A stretch of DNA of 32,000 nucleotides from Candidatus Nanopusillus sp. (GTDB taxonomy: Archaea; Nanobdellota; Nanobdellia; Nanobdellales; Nanobdellaceae), in contig DAIUEN010000001.1 of assembly GCA_036845085.1 (NCBI GenBank), positions 3,173-35,172 of the forward strand, in the 5' to 3' direction. This document shows positions 16,113-23,895 of this stretch, one piece after another. Below the pieces are notes generated by a model. It ran no database searches. It saw only the letters and a program-made list of their open reading frames with translations, and was not told the DNA's origin. Position 1 is the first letter of the stretch. The number at the start of each line of letters is the position of its first letter. Position numbers and translations under genes: made by a program.

Positions 16113-16943
16113 TTATTCAAATACTTTTTTGTATATATCTTTTAGTTGTGTTGGGACAACATGAGTATATACCTGTGTAATACTCAATGATGAGTGACCC
16201 AATAATTCTTGTATAAATCTAATATCAACACCTTTTGACAGTAAAGTTGTAGCTAAAGAATGTCTAAGAACGTGTGGAGTTACTTTTTTATTTATACCAG
16301 CTTTAATGGTAGCGTTTTTTATTATTCTTTCTACTTGTCTAGTTGATAGCGGAAATATTCTATCACTATTAGTTTCTTTAATATATTCTCTTAATTCATT
16401 TAATAGAAAGCTTGGTATTGGAACAATTCTTTCTTTTCCACCTTTTCCATATATCTTTACAAAACCATCAGTCCAGATTATATCACTCTTTTTTATATTG
16501 ACTAATTCGCTTACTCGGACTCCGGTATAAAATAAAAACTTTATAATTAATCTATCTCTTTTATTATCTACAGCTTCTAATAATCTATTAAATTCTTCTA
16601 AAGTTATAAATTTAGGCAATTTTTTATCAACTTTTGGTGCTTTTATTTGTTTTGCTAATTGCTCATTATCTAAAAATTTTAAAAAAGAAGATATAGCTCT
16701 GACGTATAATCTTAAAGAATTATAATCTAGGTTTTTGTTTACTTTTATATTTGCAAGAAATTTGAATATCAAATTTCTGTTCATATATGTTTGTAATACG
16801 TACATATCTATTTCGTTTGCTTTTAGCTCATTTTTTAGGAAATCTAAAAGCTTTTTTATTACAATAGAATATGTTTTTATTGTATTTTTTGATTTACCCT
16901 GAAGTTCTAACCATACTTTGTATTGATCTAAGATATTATCCAT
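16113..16943 (-). CDS. xerA: Tyrosine recombinase, XerA/XerC/XerD-like
   Basis: TGVRVSEL, HVLRHSLATTLL and LLGHSSLSITQVYTHV supply the R...HxxR...H...Y catalytic set, and the N-terminal SAM-like domain is YKVWLELQGKSKNTIKTYS. The ORF extends to 17012, but Met24 (16943) fits family length and leaves a TATA-like AAAAATATAAATATT upstream. Confidence 0.85.
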   Translation of the reverse strand: MDNILDQYKVWLELQGKSKNTIKTYSIVIKKLLDFLKNELKANEIDMYVLQTYMNRNLIFKFLANIKVNKNLDYNSLRLYVRAISSFLKFLDNEQLAKQIKAPKVDKKLPKFITLEEFNRLLEAVDNKRDRLIIKFLFYTGVRVSELVNIKKSDIIWTDGFVKIYGKGGKERIVPIPSFLLNELREYIKETNSDRIFPLSTRQVERIIKNATIKAGINKKVTPHVLRHSLATTLLSKGVDIRFIQELLGHSSLSITQVYTHVVPTQLKDIYKKVFE

Positions 16944-16998
16944 TGTTATAATGGAATACTTTAGAATATTTATATTTTTCTCTAAATAGAATATATTA

Positions 16999-17051
16999 TC
17001 CCCACATGCCATGCACTAGGGATAATATGAACTAGTTCCTCCATGTGGGGA
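16999..17051. repeat. GC-rich inverted repeat (10-bp stem, 33-nt loop) spanning the stop codon of the nucleotidyltransferase gene
   Basis: TCCCCACATG (16999-17008) pairs perfectly with CATGTGGGGA (17042-17051). An inner ACTAG/CTAGT pairing is possible (17015-17019 with 17032-17036). The region is visibly GC-richer than its surroundings. Confidence 0.85.
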
Positions 17052-17714
17052 ACAAAAATGAAGATGTTGGCTTGAAGCTGAAGAGTGATGAATACGGCTA
17101 CTCAGATAATTAAATAACCCGCAAATATATTCTTTAGCAGTTTTAGCATGTTTTTTATATTTATTAGAATATTTTTCAAATATGTTTGATAATAATTCTT
17201 CATTAATTCCATGTTTCATTGCTAAAGTAAGTAATGTAAATACATCCATCAGATCTTTTTCTTCTTTTCTATTTAAATATGTAAATATTTTATCAACTAA
17301 TAGCCATTCTAATCTAGCAACCCTCACTTTGATTTTTCTTTTTCCAATTTTTATTTCTAAGTCTTCGTATGGTATTTCTTCATTACTAAATAATATACTT
17401 ACTTTAGGACCATTTTCGTAAATTATTTCTATACCATCTTTTCCAAAAATTTTACGTTCTATTATTTTCTTTATGTCATTAATTCTATATACTATAGATT
17501 TAATATATATTATATCTTTTTCTTTTGCCAATAAGTCAATATCCTCTGTTTTTCTATATTTTATAACATCAAGTCCTGCATCTATTAAATATACCGCTAC
17601 AGCCATTCCGCCCATTAGTATTGGTTTTTTATCATCATCAAATGACTTTAATATATCATCTAAGACTTTTATAGTTCTAGCTTCTGTTAGCGAATAAGTA
17701 TATTTATTTGGCAT
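17016..17714 (-). CDS. Nucleotidyltransferase-fold protein (AbiEii/DUF2204-like)
   Basis: MGGMAVAVYL...RKTEDIDLL fits the G-G/S...D-x-D minimal NTase motif. VARLEWLLVDKIFTYLNRKEEKDLMDVFTLL resembles the C-terminal R/K-D...D motif of AbiEii-type proteins. The last ~30 aa (SSRIHHSSASSQHLHFCSPHGGTSSYYP) are compositionally atypical and overlap the GC-rich element. Confidence 0.5.
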   Translation of the reverse strand: MPNKYTYSLTEARTIKVLDDILKSFDDDKKPILMGGMAVAVYLIDAGLDVIKYRKTEDIDLLAKEKDIIYIKSIVYRINDIKKIIERKIFGKDGIEIIYENGPKVSILFSNEEIPYEDLEIKIGKRKIKVRVARLEWLLVDKIFTYLNRKEEKDLMDVFTLLTLAMKHGINEELLSNIFEKYSNKYKKHAKTAKEYICGLFNYLSSRIHHSSASSQHLHFCSPHGGTSSYYP

Positions 17715-17780
17715 TACATTATATAGTATAGAAAATTTTATAAAAGTTACTTAAGAATTATCTACCAAAAAATGATCATA

Positions 17781-18638
17781 TTATAGATTTAGCTTTTCTT
17801 TTAGCGCCAATGCCCTATTATTTGCAATTTTCAGCAATAATTCTATATTTTCTTTAGTAGGTATACCTGTGTGTAGCGATAACTTTATAGCATTCTGGTA
17901 CGTTTCTTTTAATAGCAATGACATATTTTCTTTAGTAGGTATACCAGCTTTTACTGATAATACTATAGATCTTCTAAATGCTTCTCTTAGATCTTCTACA
18001 TATTTCTCTAATGGTATATTTAATATATCTTGGTTGTAAAGTACATTTCCGTCATAAACTAGTACTAATCTTAATTTTACTTCTATCGGTTGTATATTGA
18101 ATTTTTGTAATAAAGATGCCAAGGATTCGTCAACTTTATCTCCTTTTTTAGCGACTACATGATCTTCAGCAATAACAATTTTTCCTCCTTCTACTTTAGT
18201 TTTTATATTAAACTTTTTCAATTCTGTTAATATAGGACCAGGGGTAAAATTAGTAGGACCTGCCTTTATTACAACATCTTGATCTAATACATCTCCAACT
18301 CTTGCAGATCTATAACTTTTATTTTCATCTAATATCTTTTTTAATAAAAAAGGATTTATATTATCTTTAGGTATCAATAATGCTACAGTAATTCTTTTGT
18401 TATTCTCTAATTCTTTTATCATCTCTTTCAATTTTTCATTATTTGTTTTTTCTAGAGTTTTTATTAATAAACTCTTTTTTACAACTTTTATAAAGAATCC
18501 TTGCTCTTTTAATTTTTTTCTTATTATTTGAAGTGCAGATGTTGGAACATCCATTACATTTGCTATTGCTATCACTTTACTTTTTGATATTATATCATAC
18601 AAATTATTTACATACATTATTTTTTGTTGTGAAACCAT
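17781..18638 (-). CDS. rpl10: 50S ribosomal protein L10 / acidic ribosomal protein P0 (uL10), short form
   Basis: 285 aa. The N-terminal uL10 domain (VIAIANVMDVPTSALQIIRKKLK...) is followed by two GIPTKEN-x-x-LLLK spine-helix repeats. Located downstream of rpl1. No acidic C-terminal tail. Confidence 0.85.
   Translation of the reverse strand: MVSQQKIMYVNNLYDIISKSKVIAIANVMDVPTSALQIIRKKLKEQGFFIKVVKKSLLIKTLEKTNNEKLKEMIKELENNKRITVALLIPKDNINPFLLKKILDENKSYRSARVGDVLDQDVVIKAGPTNFTPGPILTELKKFNIKTKVEGGKIVIAEDHVVAKKGDKVDESLASLLQKFNIQPIEVKLRLVLVYDGNVLYNQDILNIPLEKYVEDLREAFRRSIVLSVKAGIPTKENMSLLLKETYQNAIKLSLHTGIPTKENIELLLKIANNRALALKEKLNL
17845..17945. repeat. Exact 23-bp direct repeat within rpl10 (copies 78 bp apart)
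   Basis: ATATTTTCTTTAGTAGGTATACC occurs at 17845-17867 and 17923-17945. The copies encode the two GIPTKEN helix starts, 26 codons apart. Confidence 0.9.
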
Positions 18639-18643
18639 TTTAT

Positions 18644-19297
18644 TTATAATATTCTGTAAGCTTGGCTCATTGTAAGCTTTATATAAACACTCCTTATTGC
18701 ATTTTTTCCATCAGGTAGTCTATTTATTATATAATTTAATGCATAATTGGCGTTTTCTAATAGATCCTCTACTTTCATTTTTTCTGTACCAATTGGAATA
18801 CCAAATGTAATATGCTTTTTTACTTCTACTCTAACATATTTCTGTAATTTATCATATAAAGATTTCAATTGATCTTTTGTAAAATTATCTGGGAATACCA
18901 TACCATATTTGGGATTTGGCATTTTTCCTCTAGTGCTTAGATATTTACCCATATACTTACCTAAATCTATCATAGTTGATGCCTGTGCAACAAAAATATA
19001 ATATTTTTTTGCTATTTCTTTAGCTTTTCTCTTGTTTTGCCCTATATCTTTTAATTCATCTTTTGTTATTACATAATCGAATACATCTCTAGCTAGTTTT
19101 TCTAATTCTGGACCAACTATTGCTGCAATTGTATTTTTCTTTCCTCTACCTTTTGGCAGTTCTATATATTCTAAAAATTTGTTTTCATTTTTCTTTAGAT
19201 CATATGTTTTTTTTAGATTTATTATTAATTCAACTGTTTGTGTAAATTTTCTTTTTTTAGATTCTTTTAATAGTCTTTCTATGACAATACGGTCCAT
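18644..19297 (-). CDS. rpl1: 50S ribosomal protein L1 (uL1)
   Basis: 217 aa. FTQTVELIINLK...LPKGRGKK...GKMPNPK matches the uL1 pattern. Lies between rpl11 and rpl10. Confidence 0.9.
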   Translation of the reverse strand: MDRIVIERLLKESKKRKFTQTVELIINLKKTYDLKKNENKFLEYIELPKGRGKKNTIAAIVGPELEKLARDVFDYVITKDELKDIGQNKRKAKEIAKKYYIFVAQASTMIDLGKYMGKYLSTRGKMPNPKYGMVFPDNFTKDQLKSLYDKLQKYVRVEVKKHITFGIPIGTEKMKVEDLLENANYALNYIINRLPDGKNAIRSVYIKLTMSQAYRIL

Positions 19298-19328
19298 TGT
19301 TTGTTAAGTATAGATTATTTTTAAAAAG

Positions 19329-19811
19329 CTACTCTTTTAATAGGCGATCGTATTTACCTTCATCTATTTCTTTAATAATTTCTTTTGGATTTCTATTATC
19401 TACTGTTATACCCATAGACAATGCAGTTCCTAATACCATTTTTACTGCGTTTTTTAAATTTGAAGTATTCGTATCTTTAATTTTCATTTTTGCAATTTTG
19501 ATTACTTGTTGTAAAGAAACATTTCCTACAACTTCTTTACCAGCAGAATGGGCAGCAGTTTCTATCCCAGCTTCTTTTTTTAATAAAGAAGATGTTGGAG
19601 GTAAACCTACTTCTATAGTATATTTTTTTGTATCTGTATCTATTATTATTTTTACTGGAACCTGCATTCCTTTAAAATCTTTTGTAGCTTCATTTATTTT
19701 ATTAATAACTTCTCCCACATTCAGTTTTAGTTGACTTAGTCTTGGTGCTATTGTAGGACCTGCTTTAGCATTTCCACCTTCTACTAATAGTTCTATTACT
19801 TCTGTGCCCAT
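19329..19811 (-). CDS. rpl11: 50S ribosomal protein L11 (uL11)
   Basis: 160 aa. VEGGNAKAGPTIAPRLSQLKLNVGEV...PPTSSLLKKEAG is typical uL11. Confidence 0.9.
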   Translation of the reverse strand: MGTEVIELLVEGGNAKAGPTIAPRLSQLKLNVGEVINKINEATKDFKGMQVPVKIIIDTDTKKYTIEVGLPPTSSLLKKEAGIETAAHSAGKEVVGNVSLQQVIKIAKMKIKDTNTSNLKNAVKMVLGTALSMGITVDNRNPKEIIKEIDEGKYDRLLKE

Positions 19812-19851
19812 TTTTTCAAATTTTATAAATATATTTTAAAAACTTTGGAAT
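19812..19851. promoter_or_regulatory. 40-bp divergent intergenic region with back-to-back TATA-like boxes (rpl11 leftward, secE rightward)
   Basis: TTTTATAAATAT (19821-19832) is centred ~26 nt upstream of the secE ATG (19852). ATATTTTAAAA (19831-19841) is centred ~25 nt from the rpl11 ATG (19811). Both spacings fit leaderless transcripts. Confidence 0.4.
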
Positions 19852-20046
19852 ATGGGTAATTTTATAGAATCTATAAAAAGACTTAAAGATATATATGATA
19901 TAGCTTCAAAACCTAAATGGGAGGAAGTAAAGAAAATAGTATATATTACTATCTTGTTTTTCGCTTTAGTATCAATTGTTGCTTTTGCAGTATTAATATT
20001 TATAAACTTACAATTTAGTAGTTTATTATGCCAATATATGCCGTAG
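19852..20046 (+). CDS. secE: Protein translocase subunit SecE / Sec61-gamma
   Basis: 64 aa with an amphipathic N-terminus, the KPKWEEVKKI motif and a single C-terminal TM. Directly upstream of nusG, as in most archaea. Confidence 0.75.
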   Translation: MGNFIESIKRLKDIYDIASKPKWEEVKKIVYITILFFALVSIVAFAVLIFINLQFSSLLCQYMP

Positions 20047-20468
20047 TTGTAACAGCTGGAAAAGAAGAGTATGTTGCAGATATTATATATAATGTTGCTA
20101 AAAGATCAAAATTGGAATTATATTCAGTTATGGCAATACCTCAATTAAAAGGATTTGTATTTGTTGAAGCACCAAATAACTTAGAAGTTCAAAGGGCCAT
20201 ATTGGGTATAAGATATGCTAAAAGAGTACTACCTGAAGAAATTCCTATAGATGAATTAAAAAGATACTTTGAAGAAGAAAAAATAGAAGTAAATGTTGGA
20301 GATATTGTAGAAATAATCGTTGGTGGGTTCAAAGGCGCTAGGGCAAAGGTTGTAAAAATAGATAATAAGAAACAAGAGTTATTAGTAGAATTACTCGATG
20401 TACCAGTTCCTCTAAATATATCGATACCTATTAATAATGTAAAAGTTGTAGAAAAAAGTTCTAAATAA
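20028..20468 (+). CDS. nusG: Transcription elongation factor Spt5 / NusG
   Basis: 146 aa. NGN domain (IYAVVVTAGKEEYVADII...GFVFVEA) plus KOW motif (VGDIVEIIVGGFKGARAKVVKID). Confidence 0.88.
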   Translation: MPIYAVVVTAGKEEYVADIIYNVAKRSKLELYSVMAIPQLKGFVFVEAPNNLEVQRAILGIRYAKRVLPEEIPIDELKRYFEEEKIEVNVGDIVEIIVGGFKGARAKVVKIDNKKQELLVELLDVPVPLNISIPINNVKVVEKSSK

Positions 20469-21540
20469 CTTCTATTCCAAGTTCGCTCTCTAATTTTCCT
20501 TTTTCCTCTTTTGGTAATTCTGCTTCCTTTTTTATTCCTAATACAAAAGATGGTATTGACTTCAATTTTGTAATTACTACAGACACTCTCACATAATTTT
20601 TCTTATCTTCTTCAAAGGATATACCGTGTATTATCTTTGCTTTTGGATCTAATACCGCTTTTATATTTTCCAATATTTTATCTACATCTTGAGATGTTAT
20701 ATCTGGAGATGCACTAATCCTTATTAATGCTGCCTGAGCTCCTGCAATATCTATGTCAATTAATGGATTATTTAAGGCTCTTTGTACAGCTTCTGCAACT
20801 CTGTTCTCAGAATTTGATTCTCCTATACCAAATATACCATATCCAGAATTACTTACTATTGTTCTAAAATCTGCAAAGTCTACATTTATATATCCAGGTT
20901 TTGTAAGTAGTTCTGTTAATTCTTTTAGGGCATTTGCTAATAAATTATCTGCAGCTTTAAAAGCTTGTACAAGTGATAAATTTGGATATAATTGAAGTAT
21001 TTTATCATTTGGTATAATTATTAGTAAATCTACATTTTTTTCTAACCTCTCCAAAGAATATATAGCATTATCCCATATATTATTACCTTCAGAACTAAAT
21101 GGCCATGTACATACAGCAATAACAATAGCTCCCATCTTCTTTGCAATTTCAGCAACAATTGGGGCAGATCCACCCCCAGTTCCTCCACCAAGACCACAGG
21201 TTACGAATACGACATCTGCTCCTTCTAAAACTTTCTTTATTTCTTGCTCTGATTCTTTTGCAGCTTCTTCTCCAACTTTTGGATCTTTTCCAGCTCCTAA
21301 ACCTTTTGTTAGTTGTTTTCCTATTAAAATCTTTTTATGAGACTTTGTTACTATAAGATGCCTAACATCTGTATTTATTGCTATTAATTCAGGACCTTGA
21401 ACATTCATTTCATATAATCTGCTGATAGTATTACTTCCACCTCCACCACATCCAACAACTTTTATCCTTTTTACAGTCAAAGATAAAAACTCTTCCAACT
21501 CTTTATCAAATATGTTTGTATTCTGTCCCACATCAACCAT
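20461..21540 (-). CDS. ftsZ: Cell division GTPase FtsZ
   Basis: 359 aa with GCGGGGSNTISRL and the tubulin signature GLGGGTGGGSAPIVAEIAK. The 3' end overlaps the nusG 3' end by 8 nt (convergent). Confidence 0.93.
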   Translation of the reverse strand: MVDVGQNTNIFDKELEEFLSLTVKRIKVVGCGGGGSNTISRLYEMNVQGPELIAINTDVRHLIVTKSHKKILIGKQLTKGLGAGKDPKVGEEAAKESEQEIKKVLEGADVVFVTCGLGGGTGGGSAPIVAEIAKKMGAIVIAVCTWPFSSEGNNIWDNAIYSLERLEKNVDLLIIIPNDKILQLYPNLSLVQAFKAADNLLANALKELTELLTKPGYINVDFADFRTIVSNSGYGIFGIGESNSENRVAEAVQRALNNPLIDIDIAGAQAALIRISASPDITSQDVDKILENIKAVLDPKAKIIHGISFEEDKKNYVRVSVVITKLKSIPSFVLGIKKEAELPKEEKGKLESELGIEVI

Positions 21541-21639
21541 TTAATTTAAGTATAAATAAATTTTATTAATTTTATTTTTATGGTTTAGCCAAGATGATTA
21601 ATAAATACACATTTAAGCTTTTTTATTATTTATTCTTCC

Positions 21640-22215
21640 ATGAGATGGTTAGAAATAGAATATGAAATATATTCAGACGATAATAGATTATTTGAAAAGA
21701 CGGATAAACCTATAATTGTACCTATAGGTAAAAATCTTTTATTTGAATCTATAGAAAATAACTTAAAAGATGCAGAAGTTGGAAAAATATATAAATTCTT
21801 AGTTAAAAAACCTTATGGAGATAGATTAGATTCTTTAGTAATGATAGTTCCATTATCTGAATTCTTATCTAGAAATATAAATCCAATACCAAATTTAGTA
21901 GTTGAAATTGATGGGAAAATAGGAATTGTTAGGGCCGTGAGTGGCGGTAGAGTGATAGTTGATTTTAATCATCCTCTGGCTGGAAGGGATGCTATATTTT
22001 ATATAAAAGTAAATAGAGAAGTAACTGATCTAAAAGAAAAAATAAAAGGACTATTAAATCTATTATTTAAAATAGGCTATAATGATATAGATGTTTCTAT
22101 AAATGACAAAAAAATAATTATAAAAATAAAAGATTATAAACCAAACGATAATTTAAAGTCTATACTAAAAGAATATATAGATGAAATAAAAGATTTTGAA
22201 ATATCTTTTGAATAG
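21640..22215 (+). CDS. FKBP-type peptidyl-prolyl cis-trans isomerase (SlyD/archaeal FKBP-like with insert-in-flap domain)
   Basis: 191 aa. VDFNHPLAGRDAIFYIKVNREV matches the FKBP C-terminal motif DxNHxLAGKxLxFxxxV, and the N-terminal part fits the FKBP fold. Confidence 0.75.
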   Translation: MRWLEIEYEIYSDDNRLFEKTDKPIIVPIGKNLLFESIENNLKDAEVGKIYKFLVKKPYGDRLDSLVMIVPLSEFLSRNINPIPNLVVEIDGKIGIVRAVSGGRVIVDFNHPLAGRDAIFYIKVNREVTDLKEKIKGLLNLLFKIGYNDIDVSINDKKIIIKIKDYKPNDNLKSILKEYIDEIKDFEISFE

Positions 22216-22268
22216 TATATATCAATTTAAACTTTTTAATTTATCAACAATAAATAATTATATAAAAA

Positions 22269-22344
22269 GGGCCCGTAGCTCAGCTGGCCTTAGAGCGTCG
22301 GGCTCTTAACCCGAAGGTCGGGGGTTCGAATCCCCCCGGGCCCG
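22269..22344 (+). tRNA. tRNA-Lys (anticodon CUU), no encoded CCA
   Basis: Manual cloverleaf: acceptor GGGCCCG/CGGGCCC, D stem GCTC/GAGC, anticodon stem TCGGG/CCCGA with loop CT-CTT-AA, variable AGGTC, T arm GGGGG-TTCGAAT-CCCCC, discriminator G. 76 nt. Confidence 0.93.
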
Positions 22345-22374
22345 ATTTAAAATTATGTATATAATATAATAATC

Positions 22375-23115
22375 ATGATAAAAGTTGGTACTTGTGGTTT
22401 TCCTATTTCTAGAAAAAGATATTACGCGGAATTTAAGGTTATAGAATTAAACAATACTTTTTACAAAATCCCGGATTTAGAATGGTTAAAAAGAATAAAA
22501 GAAGAATCTCCTAAAGATTTTGAATTTACTTTTAAAGTATTTCAAGGAATAACCCACGATGTAAATTCACCTACATGGAAAAAATCAAATATAGAAAATT
22601 ATATTAACTTAAAAGGTAAAGTTGGATATTTAAGGAATACTGAAGAAATTTTTAATTTTTGGAAAATACAAGAAGAAATAGCAAAAATATTAGAATCAAA
22701 GATAATAGTAATGCAATTACCAAATAGTTTTACAGATAATAAAGAAAATATAAAGAATGCTAATGAATTTTTTAATTCTATAGGTAATAAAAAATATAGA
22801 ATAGCTATTGAATTTAGGGGTTGGAAAAAAGAAAATATAATAAGATTATGTGAAGAATTTAATCTTATCCCAATATTAGATATAAGTCATGAAGATCCAT
22901 TTTATGATAGTGATATAAAATACTATAGATTACATGGGAAATATGAAAATTCTAGAATAATATATAAATACCATTATAGTGCTGAAGAATTAAAGAAAAT
23001 AGCAGAAAAAGTTTTAAAATATAATAAATTCTCTAGTTATGTAATGTTTAATAATTCATATATGTATAAAAATGCAAAAGAGTTTTTAGAAATATTAAAT
23101 AATGAAGTCTTATAA
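22375..23115 (+). CDS. DUF72 (UPF0759) family protein
   Basis: 246 aa. The N-terminus IKVGTCGFPISRKRYYAEFKVIELNNTFYKIP matches the DUF72 pattern (GxxGW/F...Y...F..VE.N.TFY..P). Confidence 0.7.
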   Translation: MIKVGTCGFPISRKRYYAEFKVIELNNTFYKIPDLEWLKRIKEESPKDFEFTFKVFQGITHDVNSPTWKKSNIENYINLKGKVGYLRNTEEIFNFWKIQEEIAKILESKIIVMQLPNSFTDNKENIKNANEFFNSIGNKKYRIAIEFRGWKKENIIRLCEEFNLIPILDISHEDPFYDSDIKYYRLHGKYENSRIIYKYHYSAEELKKIAEKVLKYNKFSSYVMFNNSYMYKNAKEFLEILNNEVL

Positions 23116-23872
23116 TTATTTAGTTAGAATAAGCTATATAGGAGAAGGATTTCATGGAGTAGTTTTACAAAGAGAACAAAAAACAGTTTTGGGTGAAATA
23201 TTAAGATTCTTTAATATAAAAAATTTTAAGATTTCTATTGTTTCTAGGACAGATAAGGGTGTTAATGCTGATGAAAATTATTTTGTTATCTCTACAGATA
23301 AAGAATTGGATTTTTCTAAATTTAATGTGGAAAATATTAAAATATTAAATGTTTATAGATTAACTGGATATATAAATATAAGGAAATTTTCTACTGGGAA
23401 ATTGTATGAATATAGATTACCAGTTAATTTATTTGATAAAGTATATAAACCAAGATATTTAATAAAAGACGATAAAAAAATTATTTTAAACTATGAAAAG
23501 AAAGATTTTGATTTTAATTTATATCTCGAAGCTAGTAAAAGTTTTATTGGAGAAAAAAGCTTTCATAACTTTTGTAAGGGAAAATGTGATAAGCCGATAT
23601 GTAAAATATTTAAATTTGAAGTAAAAAAATTAGATAACTATTATATAAATATTATTGAAGGTAATAGATTTCTATACGAAATGATAAGAAGGATTATTAC
23701 ATTTTTAATATCTGTAGGACATGGTTTATATCCAATACAATATATTGACTTGGTATTTGATTATAAAATAGACCCAAAACCATTTCCAGCTGAAGCTAAA
23801 TATTTAACATTGAAAAAAGTATATCTTGATTGGAAAAAACTATATAATTACATAGAAGAGATAGTATTATAA
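23102..23872 (+). CDS. truA: tRNA pseudouridine synthase A (TruA/Pus1 family)
   Basis: 256 aa. YLVRISYIGEGFHGVVLQ and the catalytic-Asp motif SRTDKGVNA (consensus RTDxGVHA). Confidence 0.8.
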   Translation: MKSYNYLVRISYIGEGFHGVVLQREQKTVLGEILRFFNIKNFKISIVSRTDKGVNADENYFVISTDKELDFSKFNVENIKILNVYRLTGYINIRKFSTGKLYEYRLPVNLFDKVYKPRYLIKDDKKIILNYEKKDFDFNLYLEASKSFIGEKSFHNFCKGKCDKPICKIFKFEVKKLDNYYINIIEGNRFLYEMIRRIITFLISVGHGLYPIQYIDLVFDYKIDPKPFPAEAKYLTLKKVYLDWKKLYNYIEEIVL

Positions 23873-23895
23873 AAATATGTTTTTTATGAATTTTT

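Noticed and set aside
16944-17012. N-terminal 23-codon extension of the recombinase ORF (MACGDNIFYLEKNINILKYSIIT)
   Set aside because: The extension has no counterpart in Xer-family N-termini, would overlap the GC-rich hairpin, and would remove the promoter-like AT box. Met24 (16943) is preferred.
16306-17697. Plus-strand ORFs 16306..16530, 17182..17421 and 17473..17697
   Set aside because: Antisense to the recombinase and nucleotidyltransferase genes. The translations are Ser/Phe/Ile-rich with no motifs.
19297-19734. 145-aa plus-strand ORF
   Set aside because: Entirely antisense to rpl11, which has a canonical uL11 sequence.
20753-21356. Plus-strand ORFs 20753..20995 and 21141..21356
   Set aside because: Antisense to ftsZ. 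The second is a Leu/Gln low-complexity mirror of the Gly-rich tubulin signature region.
22232-22268. Promoter call for the tRNA-Lys gene
   Set aside because: Several overlapping A/T-rich TATA-like strings occur (TTTTTAATTTAT, ATAATTATATAAAAA) at different distances from the mature 5' end. The background composition makes any single assignment unsupported.
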